Positions 56,182-63,130 of a stretch of 64,000 bases of DNA are shown piece after piece (the first letter of the stretch is position 1; each line of letters opens with the position of its first letter). The notes under the pieces were generated by a model, which made no database searches, was not told the origin of the DNA, and saw only the letters and a program-made list of their open reading frames with translations. This DNA is from a virus. The translations under genes were made by a program, and so were the position numbers. The DNA lies in the IMG/VR virus record IMGVR_UViG_3300045241_000115, positions 1-64,000 of that record; one strand, 5' to 3'.

Positions 56182-57557
56182 CAGAGGTTCGCCCAGACGT
56201 TCAGGTTGGTGGCGGCGACGAGCTGAAAGGCGCGCGAGGTCGCGTCCGCGTCATCATCGTGCGGGAGCATGGGGAAGCCCTCGAGCATCTGAAACCAGCG
56301 CTCGTTCCAATCGCCGCGCAGCACGAGCACGTTGCCCGCCTGGGCCTGGGCCGAGAACGGACTGAACCGCGTGATCTTGTCGCCGGTCTCGGGCGAGTAC
56401 TCGATAGGGAAGCCGGCCAGCATGCGCACGAAGGCGGCGATCTGATGCTTGCCCGCTTGGCCTGGATCCTGTGGCAGCCCGACCTTGCAGCCGTAACCGT
56501 CCTGGCTGGACGTATTCAGCACGACACGCTCGACATCGGCGGGTGTGCCGCGCATGGCTGAGGCATGCAGCACGATGTACTGGCCTTGCAGCGTGCGGCC
56601 GATCTTGACCGATGCCGTCCAGTCCGGATCGTTCTCTTTGGTCTCCGGCGTCGCCGCAAGATCCCAGCCGCGTCCGCTCAGCACCAATGCTGGCGGGATG
56701 TCCACCACACGAACCCACGAGCGGTTGAAGTACAGGCCAGCGGACGGCCTGATCTTCCAATTGCCGTTCAACAGCCTTTCGCGTTCGACCGCCGGCAACA
56801 TCATCAGATTGCCGAGGTACGCCGGGTCGTTGCGCATCAACGCCGGGTTGTCGGCCAACTTGGCGGCTATGAATGTGGCGGATTTGATAGTCGCTCTCGA
56901 TTGCCCGGTTGCGCGCATCGCCTCGTGTTTGCTGTCGAACCAGAGCAGCCCATCGTCGGGGCCGCGCACGAAGTAGCGGACGACGCCGGAGCGTTCGGCG
57001 ATCGGGTAGCCGGACTGCTGGTCGATCCACCAGGCGATGAACTCGGCGACCCACGAACCGGCATCGGCATTGCAGCTCGCGCGGATGTATGGCCGCACGC
57101 CGGTCAGACCGCGGTTGCGGGAGAGCAGGTAGAAGAACTGATGGCGGGTGAACGTGGTCAGCTCGTCGAAGCAGATCAGCGGAACCTGCGAGCCGTGCCA
57201 GTCCAGGACGGTGTGTTCATATTCCAAATGGCTGAGTTTGACGCTGCCGCCGTTGGGCCAGCGCCATTGCAGCAGATGGTTGATCGGGATGCCCTGGCCG
57301 TGCGGGAACACCTTCATGCTCTCGGACCACAGCCCGCCCGGGCGACGGATGTCGGTGGTGTTGCGGCGGAACATCACCGCATCGAAGCCGCGTGTGCGGG
57401 AGGGGTAACGCATCGCTTCGAGCAGGAGCGCCCACGATTTGCCCGAGCCGGCGGCGCCGCCGAAGATGGCGATGTCGGCCGATGAGCTGAGGAAGGCGAG
57501 TTGCGGGCCTTCCTGCGGCATGATGCGGCGTTCGGTTTGTCCGATGGCGGCACTCAT
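56181..57557 (-). CDS. terL: Terminase large subunit
   Basis: GGAAGSGKS Walker A, FDELT Walker B, WDLAAT, QDPGQAGK, HDDDADA. Confidence 0.92.
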   Translation of the reverse strand: MSAAIGQTERRIMPQEGPQLAFLSSSADIAIFGGAAGSGKSWALLLEAMRYPSRTRGFDAVMFRRNTTDIRRPGGLWSESMKVFPHGQGIPINHLLQWRWPNGGSVKLSHLEYEHTVLDWHGSQVPLICFDELTTFTRHQFFYLLSRNRGLTGVRPYIRASCNADAGSWVAEFIAWWIDQQSGYPIAERSGVVRYFVRGPDDGLLWFDSKHEAMRATGQSRATIKSATFIAAKLADNPALMRNDPAYLGNLMMLPAVERERLLNGNWKIRPSAGLYFNRSWVRVVDIPPALVLSGRGWDLAATPETKENDPDWTASVKIGRTLQGQYIVLHASAMRGTPADVERVVLNTSSQDGYGCKVGLPQDPGQAGKHQIAAFVRMLAGFPIEYSPETGDKITRFSPFSAQAQAGNVLVLRGDWNERWFQMLEGFPMLPHDDDADATSRAFQLVAATNLNVWANL

Positions 57558-58003
57558 GCGGCCTCCTCGACCTCGCCTTCAATGATCGGGCCGTCATCGT
57601 CAGGCTCGGGCTCGTCGCGATGGTTGGGCGGCATGTAGATGTGCACGGTCTCGGCGCGGTCCTCGCCGAACAGGCCGTCGAGCACGGCGGCCTCGGCGCC
57701 CTTCGGCAATTTCCATTCGTCGCCGGCCCGGGTGAGCAGCCAGAACTTGATGGCCGAGACGTTGCCGCTCATGGCCTGTTTGACCAGCGAGGCGCCGATC
57801 GCCGCCTTGACCCGCTCGTAGCCGCCAGCGAGTTCATGACGAAAGGCGTGAGCGAACGTCTTGTTGGACACGCCGATCACCTCACCGCACACCCGATGCG
57901 AAATGCCGTTGGCGACGAGGACGCGCACCAGCTCGCGTTGCTCGTCGGTGGGCACAAAGGCCGGTCGGCCGACGCCCGATTTGCGTGGTGCGGAGGCGTC
58001 CAT
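57554..58003 (-). CDS. terS: Terminase small subunit
   Basis: GRPAFVPTDEQR HTH; A.SGNVSAIKFWL; immediately upstream of terL. Confidence 0.75.
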   Translation of the reverse strand: MDASAPRKSGVGRPAFVPTDEQRELVRVLVANGISHRVCGEVIGVSNKTFAHAFRHELAGGYERVKAAIGASLVKQAMSGNVSAIKFWLLTRAGDEWKLPKGAEAAVLDGLFGEDRAETVHIYMPPNHRDEPEPDDDGPIIEGEVEEAA

Positions 58004-58036
58004 CCATAAATCCTTCGGTTCATTGGTTGTGGGATT

Positions 58037-58357
58037 ATGCCGAGGCCGCTGTTCATTCCGCTGCGCGGCGAATTCTTCGATGCCTTCGCGCGTGGCGAGA
58101 AGACCGAGGAATGGCGTCGGCATGGGCCGCGTTGGAATGACGAGGTCTGTTCGGTCGGGCGGCGTGTCGTGCTGTCACGCGGCTACTCGGGCGCGCGATT
58201 ATCGGCCCGGATCACAGCGATTGCGGTGCGTCCTGCGAGACTGCCTGAGGTGGTCGCGATCTACGGCAGGGACACGCCGTGCCTGGTTCTGACTCTTCAG
58301 GTGGCAACCACGAGACGAGCGGCGAGGTCGCGGTCTTCCATCGCCGGCCCGCAATAG
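58037..58357 (+). CDS. ASCH domain protein (antisense)
   Basis: PL..EFFDAF..GEKTEEWR..LSRGY. Confidence 0.75.
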   Translation: MPRPLFIPLRGEFFDAFARGEKTEEWRRHGPRWNDEVCSVGRRVVLSRGYSGARLSARITAIAVRPARLPEVVAIYGRDTPCLVLTLQVATTRRAARSRSSIAGPQ

Positions 58358-59457
58358 GCGAACACGGCGTTGGGCCGTCCACCGAAGCCGCCGGCCATGT
58401 CGGGCGCCGATGAGATGTTGACGTTGCGACGGCTCGGACGCCCTGGCGGCGAGACGAGGTCCCAGACCGGCGAACGATCGAAGGATCGGATCAGCATGGG
58501 GTGCGCCGGATAGGCGTGATAGCGACGAGCCGCGGCGCGATAGGCCGAGGCGACGCGGTCGGCGAGCACGAAGGCGAGGCCGAGGCCCTGGAAGTCGGGC
58601 AGTGTGACCAGCCGGCTCATGCCGTAGATGTTCTTGCTCTTGGCGTGCGGGCGATAAACGACGGCTGCGAAGGCGGCCGGAATGCCGCTGACCGACAGGC
58701 GATAGCACCGGGAGGCTGGCGGAAGGTCGGCGGTCAGATAGTGAAAGCGAGCGAAGGCGCTCCAGGCACGATGGTCGACGCGATGGATTTCGCAGTCGAG
58801 GGGTGGTCGTCGTTGAAGAGACCTCCAGCGGAAGTCCATGGTGGCCGGGTCGAATATCCAGTCCGGCTGCAACCAGTCTTCCAGATCGTAATGGCAGGTG
58901 GCGGCGACGAAGCGGCGTGAGGCGTCGCGGCGGATGAACTTCTGCACGGCATGGGCGCCGATCTTGGCCACCTGGCGATCAACCACCGAGGTGAACTCGT
59001 CGCAGACCACGGCGGGTTTCCCATCGAACGCGTTCGATGGGGTCCCGTGATCATCGCCTTCGAGCAGGCGGCGCGCGAGATCGACGCGGAAGCGCTCCCC
59101 ATTGCTCAGGACGGCGTACGGGCGCAGCCACGCCGGGATGGTGTTGAAACCGACCGCTTGGCAGATGCGGGCGACGGTCTCGACGCTGTGGCGGCGGTCG
59201 AAGTCATCAATCACCGAGGCGCCCGGCCATTCGAAGGACAAGGGCGCGCCGAAGATGCGGTTGAGAATGGTGGTCTTGCCTGAGCCTGAGGGCCCGACGA
59301 TCAAGCCGATCTGCCAGGGCTGCTGTTCGATCGGCAATTGGCCGTGCCAGTTCAGCGTGGCGCGCTCGGTCGGTGGCACGTCGAACATCGATGAGACTTG
59401 CGCGGCCCGCGCCGAGTTGGAGATCGGCGAGGTAACGGTGATATCGATCTCGGGCAT
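58297..59457 (-). CDS. ABC-type ATPase fused to a GNAT acetyltransferase
   Basis: GPSGSGKTT, LSNGERFR, CDEFTSVVDR; HYL and SRLVTLPDFQGLG. Confidence 0.85.
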   Translation of the reverse strand: MPEIDITVTSPISNSARAAQVSSMFDVPPTERATLNWHGQLPIEQQPWQIGLIVGPSGSGKTTILNRIFGAPLSFEWPGASVIDDFDRRHSVETVARICQAVGFNTIPAWLRPYAVLSNGERFRVDLARRLLEGDDHGTPSNAFDGKPAVVCDEFTSVVDRQVAKIGAHAVQKFIRRDASRRFVAATCHYDLEDWLQPDWIFDPATMDFRWRSLQRRPPLDCEIHRVDHRAWSAFARFHYLTADLPPASRCYRLSVSGIPAAFAAVVYRPHAKSKNIYGMSRLVTLPDFQGLGLAFVLADRVASAYRAAARRYHAYPAHPMLIRSFDRSPVWDLVSPPGRPSRRNVNISSAPDMAGGFGGRPNAVFAYCGPAMEDRDLAARLVVAT

Positions 59458-60059
59458 CAGGTGATCAGGGGCTTGGCGGTCAGGCCGAGGGCGCGGATGC
59501 GATCGATGGCGTCGGCCTGGGCGGCCTCGTCGGCGCATTCGACGAGGACTTGGTATTGCAGTCCGTCATGGAGGCGACGTGTCACGGGGGTTCCTTCGCC
59601 GAGGATGGTGGAGATGTCGGGCATGTTGAAGCCGGTCAGCGACAGATCGAAGCCGGCGACGCGGAGGTCGCCGAACTCGCCGCGCAGCAGATCGATGTCC
59701 CAGCCGGCCTCGAGGGCGAGCTTGTTGTCGGCGATGACGTAGGCGCGGCGCTCGGGCTGGCTGAGATGTGAGAGATCGATGGTGGGGCCTGTCCAGGGAT
59801 CGGCGTTGCGCGGGATGGGTTGATTTGCCTCGGCCATCTCGATGGCGGCGGCGAGGCGCGCATGGCCGGCAATCAGGCCGGACTCGGCGATGAGCATGGG
59901 GTTCGTCCAGCCGAAGCGGGCGAGCGAGGCGCGGATTTTAGCGAGCTGGGATTTCGTGTGGGTGCGTGAGTTGCGCGCATAGGGTTCGAGGTCGCGCAGC
60001 GGCCGGTATGTCACCGATAACTGTGTCGCCTGCCGATCGTTACCATTGTGGCGTGGCAT
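59457..60059 (-). CDS. ParB/Srx N-terminal domain protein
   Basis: PYARNSRTH, FGWTNP, IAGHARL.AA, AYVIADNKLA. Confidence 0.85.
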   Translation of the reverse strand: MPRHNGNDRQATQLSVTYRPLRDLEPYARNSRTHTKSQLAKIRASLARFGWTNPMLIAESGLIAGHARLAAAIEMAEANQPIPRNADPWTGPTIDLSHLSQPERRAYVIADNKLALEAGWDIDLLRGEFGDLRVAGFDLSLTGFNMPDISTILGEGTPVTRRLHDGLQYQVLVECADEAAQADAIDRIRALGLTAKPLIT

Positions 60060-60702
60060 GCGGTGGCCTCATGGCGTGAGGATGCGACAAAAGACTGTTT
60101 CGCTAGTTGAAACAGTTGCGACAATAACTGGCCGAATATTGCTGCGGGTGCCGTCTGATCGTGTCGGAAGCCATTGATCTGACAAGGAAATAATACAGAT
60201 TGTTCCGTTGCGGCAATCTGCGACTATCGCATTGCTATCGATGATCTTTGACAAATGAATACGGATCGCACGCCGCCCCACACGGGGCGCGGGGGTCGCT
60301 CGGGGGCCAAGCGCACGTTGCGCGGGGTCGAACCCATCCACGAGCCGCTTACGCGATGTGCACGTCTACCGCGATCCGATGATCTGTTCCTGATCATTTC
60401 CCGTCTTTGACAAATAAATCCGCCACCCTGAGCACGAAACGACATCCGTGGTCGCGCAGCCTATCGGCGCAATCGGATGCACGTCATGCGAGGGGAGCGG
60501 GTTTCATAGGCAACCCAATTCACCGCATTCCCGCGCTTCGGCGCTGCCTGTAAGGCGATGCGGGGTGATGTTCGTGGATGTTTAGTTGCATCTCGGTGCA
60601 ACCCTCTGCCCGTGGCTATCGGGGTGAGGGCGGTTACCTGCCTGCAAGGCGTGCGACGAAAGCTGACGCGAACAGCACCGGAGTGGTTTGGTGTGTTCTT
60701 TT

Positions 60703-60812
60703 CTTTCTGTTGATTGGCATCGTGTGAAGGCTACGGCCTTTGCGCGATGCCGGTCCGGGATGTGAGCCATCCCGCTGAACGAGGCCATGAGGCCGAAACC
60801 CAACAGAAAGGA
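60703..60812 (+). ncRNA. Type III hammerhead ribozyme (variant core CUGAACGA)
   Basis: GUC at 60753-55; stem I CGGGAUG/CAUCCCG; stem II GGCC/GGCC; GAAA; stem III extended by 60703-12 pairing with 60801-10. Confidence 0.75.
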
Positions 60813-60819
60813 ACATCAT

Positions 60820-61083
60820 ATGACAATGGATCAATTTGTTCTCGGCGCGCGCGTGCGTCTCGTTCGCCGCGCCGGCGGAAACTACCCGGGTGCGAGTTTC
60901 TGCATCGAACCCGGCCCGATCGGCACGGTGATCAAATCGCCCGAGGATTTCTGCGTGGACGAGTTCGCCCCGAATGTCGGGGTGCGGTTTGATGACCGCG
61001 TTGCCGATCTCGATATGTGGGACAACATCGTGATCGTGGGCGACGACTTCGACGCCACGGCCGATCATTTCGAGACACTCTGA
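60820..61083 (+). CDS. Hypothetical early protein
   Basis: AGAAAGGAAC RBS; lies between ribozymes. Confidence 0.7.
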   Translation: MTMDQFVLGARVRLVRRAGGNYPGASFCIEPGPIGTVIKSPEDFCVDEFAPNVGVRFDDRVADLDMWDNIVIVGDDFDATADHFETL

Positions 61084-61152
61084 GACGAAACACGGCGCGT
61101 TGCGTCGTGTCCGTCGGCGCCTGCCCCTCCCGACGCTGATGAGTCAGGGGCA
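61084..61152 (+). ncRNA. Type II hammerhead ribozyme with pseudoknot
   Basis: GAC-GAAA-stem III-GUC(61111)-CGUCGG/CCGACG-CUGAUGA-GUC; loop UGCCCCU pairs with AGGGGCA. Confidence 0.92.
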
Positions 61153-61171
61153 AACAGAAAGGAACAACCCT

Positions 61172-61342
61172 ATGCGCAAGCAAATCGAGACGATGAAGAC
61201 GAAGCTGCAGACGATGCTCGCCCGCGCCGAAGAGAAGGCCGACAGCGAGAACGAGACGGTCGGCGACAAGTACGCCGCCGTCATGGACGGTCTGCAAACC
61301 GCGCTCGACGGCCTGGACGAAGCGTTGCTCGCATTTGAATGA
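61172..61342 (+). CDS. Small acidic helical early protein
   Basis: Conserved RBS; stop codon overlaps the next ribozyme. Confidence 0.7.
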   Translation: MRKQIETMKTKLQTMLARAEEKADSENETVGDKYAAVMDGLQTALDGLDEALLAFE

Positions 61343-61415
61343 CGAAACGCGCGGTGGATGAGACATCGCGCGTCTGCATGGAACCCCGCCCATCCTGCAC
61401 TGATGAGTCAGGGCG
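61340..61415 (+). ncRNA. Type II hammerhead ribozyme with pseudoknot
   Basis: UGAC-GAAA-CGCGCGGUG/CAUCGCGCG-UC(61374)-UGCA..UGCA-CUGAUGA-GUCA; CGCCC pairs with GGGCG. Confidence 0.92.
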
Positions 61416-61434
61416 AACAGAAAGGAACATCACA

Positions 61435-61737
61435 ATGCCAAAGACCACAATCATGCTCAAGGCCGACGTTGCGCAGCGCAAGGCGCGTCATACGTGCCCC
61501 CAGTACGATCAATTCAAGAAGCCATCGCGCAAGGCGTCCAGAGCGAAGATTGATCCGACGACAACCGCCGAGGCGGATCAGGCGATCTACGAGGCCGCAC
61601 TGAGTCAGGTACGCGAGGCGATGCGCCGCTTCGCCGGCCCGCATGCGTCCAAACGCCAGCTCAAAGAGATCGACGCGGCGCTGAGCGAGGCATTCGGGCA
61701 ACTCGACGCCATCGCGTACGATCTTGTTTGCATGTGA
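61435..61737 (+). CDS. Hypothetical early protein
   Basis: Conserved RBS; stop codon overlaps the next ribozyme. Confidence 0.7.
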   Translation: MPKTTIMLKADVAQRKARHTCPQYDQFKKPSRKASRAKIDPTTTAEADQAIYEAALSQVREAMRRFAGPHASKRQLKEIDAALSEAFGQLDAIAYDLVCM

Positions 61738-61806
61738 CGAAACGCGGCGCGCGCAGCGCTGCGTCTGCACGGACCTGCCCCACCCTGCACTGATGAGTCA
61801 GGGGCA
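61735..61806 (+). ncRNA. Type II hammerhead ribozyme with pseudoknot
   Basis: UGAC-GAAA-CGCGGCGC/GCGCUGCG-UC(61765)-UGCA..UGCA-CUGAUGA-GUCA; UGCCCC pairs with GGGGCA. Confidence 0.92.
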
Positions 61807-61823
61807 ACAGAAAGGAACAACCC

Positions 61824-62018
61824 ATGCCTAAGTTTCGTATCTCATACGAGATCGAATGCGAGGCCGCCAACGCTGCCGAAGCGTTGGAGGGCTTTTTGTC
61901 GTCCGGCCACGTTCACGAGGAAGAGTGGACGGTGACGCGGGTTCATCCGCGGCCATCGTCTGTCATCGTGACGGCGCGCAACCCGCGCAAAATACGGCGT
62001 GACGGAGCGACGCGATGA
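61824..62018 (+). CDS. Hypothetical early protein
   Basis: Conserved RBS. Confidence 0.7.
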   Translation: MPKFRISYEIECEAANAAEALEGFLSSGHVHEEEWTVTRVHPRPSSVIVTARNPRKIRRDGATR

Positions 62019-62542
62019 GCGACAGCACTTCCCAGCTTGTCGCTGTTCTCGGCATGTTGGGATCGCAGTTCGACGGCGAGTGCCTGAACGCGGCCCGGAT
62101 GGCCGAGAAAATGCGACGCAAGATGGACAAGACGTGGCAGCAATTGCTGACCGCCGGCGCGTCGTCTCCCAAGGACGAGCTCGGCTGGCTCGCACGCGCG
62201 TTGCGTGCCGAGAAAATGGTCAGCGATCTGACGGCGCGTATCGGCAAAATGGAGGCCGAACTTGCCGAATTGCGCAAGGCTCGTCCGAGCGCGTCCGCGT
62301 CCTCGACCGGCCCACGTCCTCGCAGTCCCGGCTACAAGTACTCACTCAGCGCCGAGACCGAGCAGATCTTGATCGACAAGATGTTGCTGATCGAACGATC
62401 GACCAACGAGATCTATTACATCACCAAATGGCCGCGCGCGCATTTGCGCGTCGTCCTCGAGCGCATCGCCCATCGCCGCAAACTCGAGCTTCATGTGCGG
62501 CGACGGTTCGGCAGCACGTTCTATCGTTTCACGCGTGTCTAA
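62015..62542 (+). CDS. Hypothetical protein
   Basis: LGMLGSQFDGE..NAAR motif; coiled coil. Confidence 0.7.
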   Translation: MSDSTSQLVAVLGMLGSQFDGECLNAARMAEKMRRKMDKTWQQLLTAGASSPKDELGWLARALRAEKMVSDLTARIGKMEAELAELRKARPSASASSTGPRPRSPGYKYSLSAETEQILIDKMLLIERSTNEIYYITKWPRAHLRVVLERIAHRRKLELHVRRRFGSTFYRFTRV

Positions 62543-62588
62543 CCCGTACGGATGCAGCATCGTTCGATGCTGTATTCGCCTGGGTTAG
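62539..62588 (+). other. Conserved intergenic hairpin, copy 1
   Basis: CUAACCC-GUAC-GGAUGCAGCAUC-loop-GAUGCUGUAUUC-GCCU-GGGUUAG. Confidence 0.65.
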
Positions 62589-62653
62589 CGGGGACTCATT
62601 CCGAGTCCCGCCCAGGCATCGCAATCATGCGATGGATACAGAAAGGAACATCC

Positions 62654-62998
62654 ATGCCTACCATGAAGACGACATCTGAGCCCCGCGGTCAGACGGCCAT
62701 CATCTGCAAGGTGCTGCAGCACAAGGACGGTTATACCGCCCAAGAGCTGCTCGCCGAGACGGGTGGCACGACGCCGCACAACTCCTATTCGCTCCAGCTC
62801 ATCGCCGATCGCTTCGGCTATGACTTCGTGTCCCACAAGGGCAGCGAGTACGAGGACGGGCTGATGCGGTATCGCTTCGTCCGCAAGGCGGCCCGCAAGG
62901 CCGTGAGCACCCGTCGCGCCGGCAAGGCGAAGGCGGTTAAGGCGGCGGCCGCGTCGACCAAGCGGCCTGCGAAGAAGACCGCGAAGTCCAGGGCGTAA
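62654..62998 (+). CDS. DUF3489-like winged-helix protein with Lys/Ala-rich tail
   Basis: AIICKVLQHKDGYTAQELL..RYRF; histone-H1-like tail. Confidence 0.6.
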   Translation: MPTMKTTSEPRGQTAIICKVLQHKDGYTAQELLAETGGTTPHNSYSLQLIADRFGYDFVSHKGSEYEDGLMRYRFVRKAARKAVSTRRAGKAKAVKAAAASTKRPAKKTAKSRA

Positions 62999-63046
62999 CA
63001 CGAGACCGAGCGCGGCGGGCGATCATATCGTCCGCCGCGAACGGAC

Positions 63047-63096
63047 CTGACCCGTACGGATGCAGCATCAAACGATGCTGCATTCGCCTGGGCCAG
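63047..63096 (+). other. Conserved intergenic hairpin, copy 2
   Basis: CUGACCC-GUAC-GGAUGCAGCAUC-loop-GAUGCUGCAUUC-GCCU-GGGCCAG. Confidence 0.65.
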
Positions 63097-63130
63097 TGAT
63101 GGTACAGGGCTAAACAGAAGGGAACACCGA

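Noticed and set aside
60654-60690. Fifth hammerhead (GACGAAAGCUG..CAGC)
   Set aside because: There is no UH cleavage site after the stem and no CUGANGA core; at most a decayed copy.
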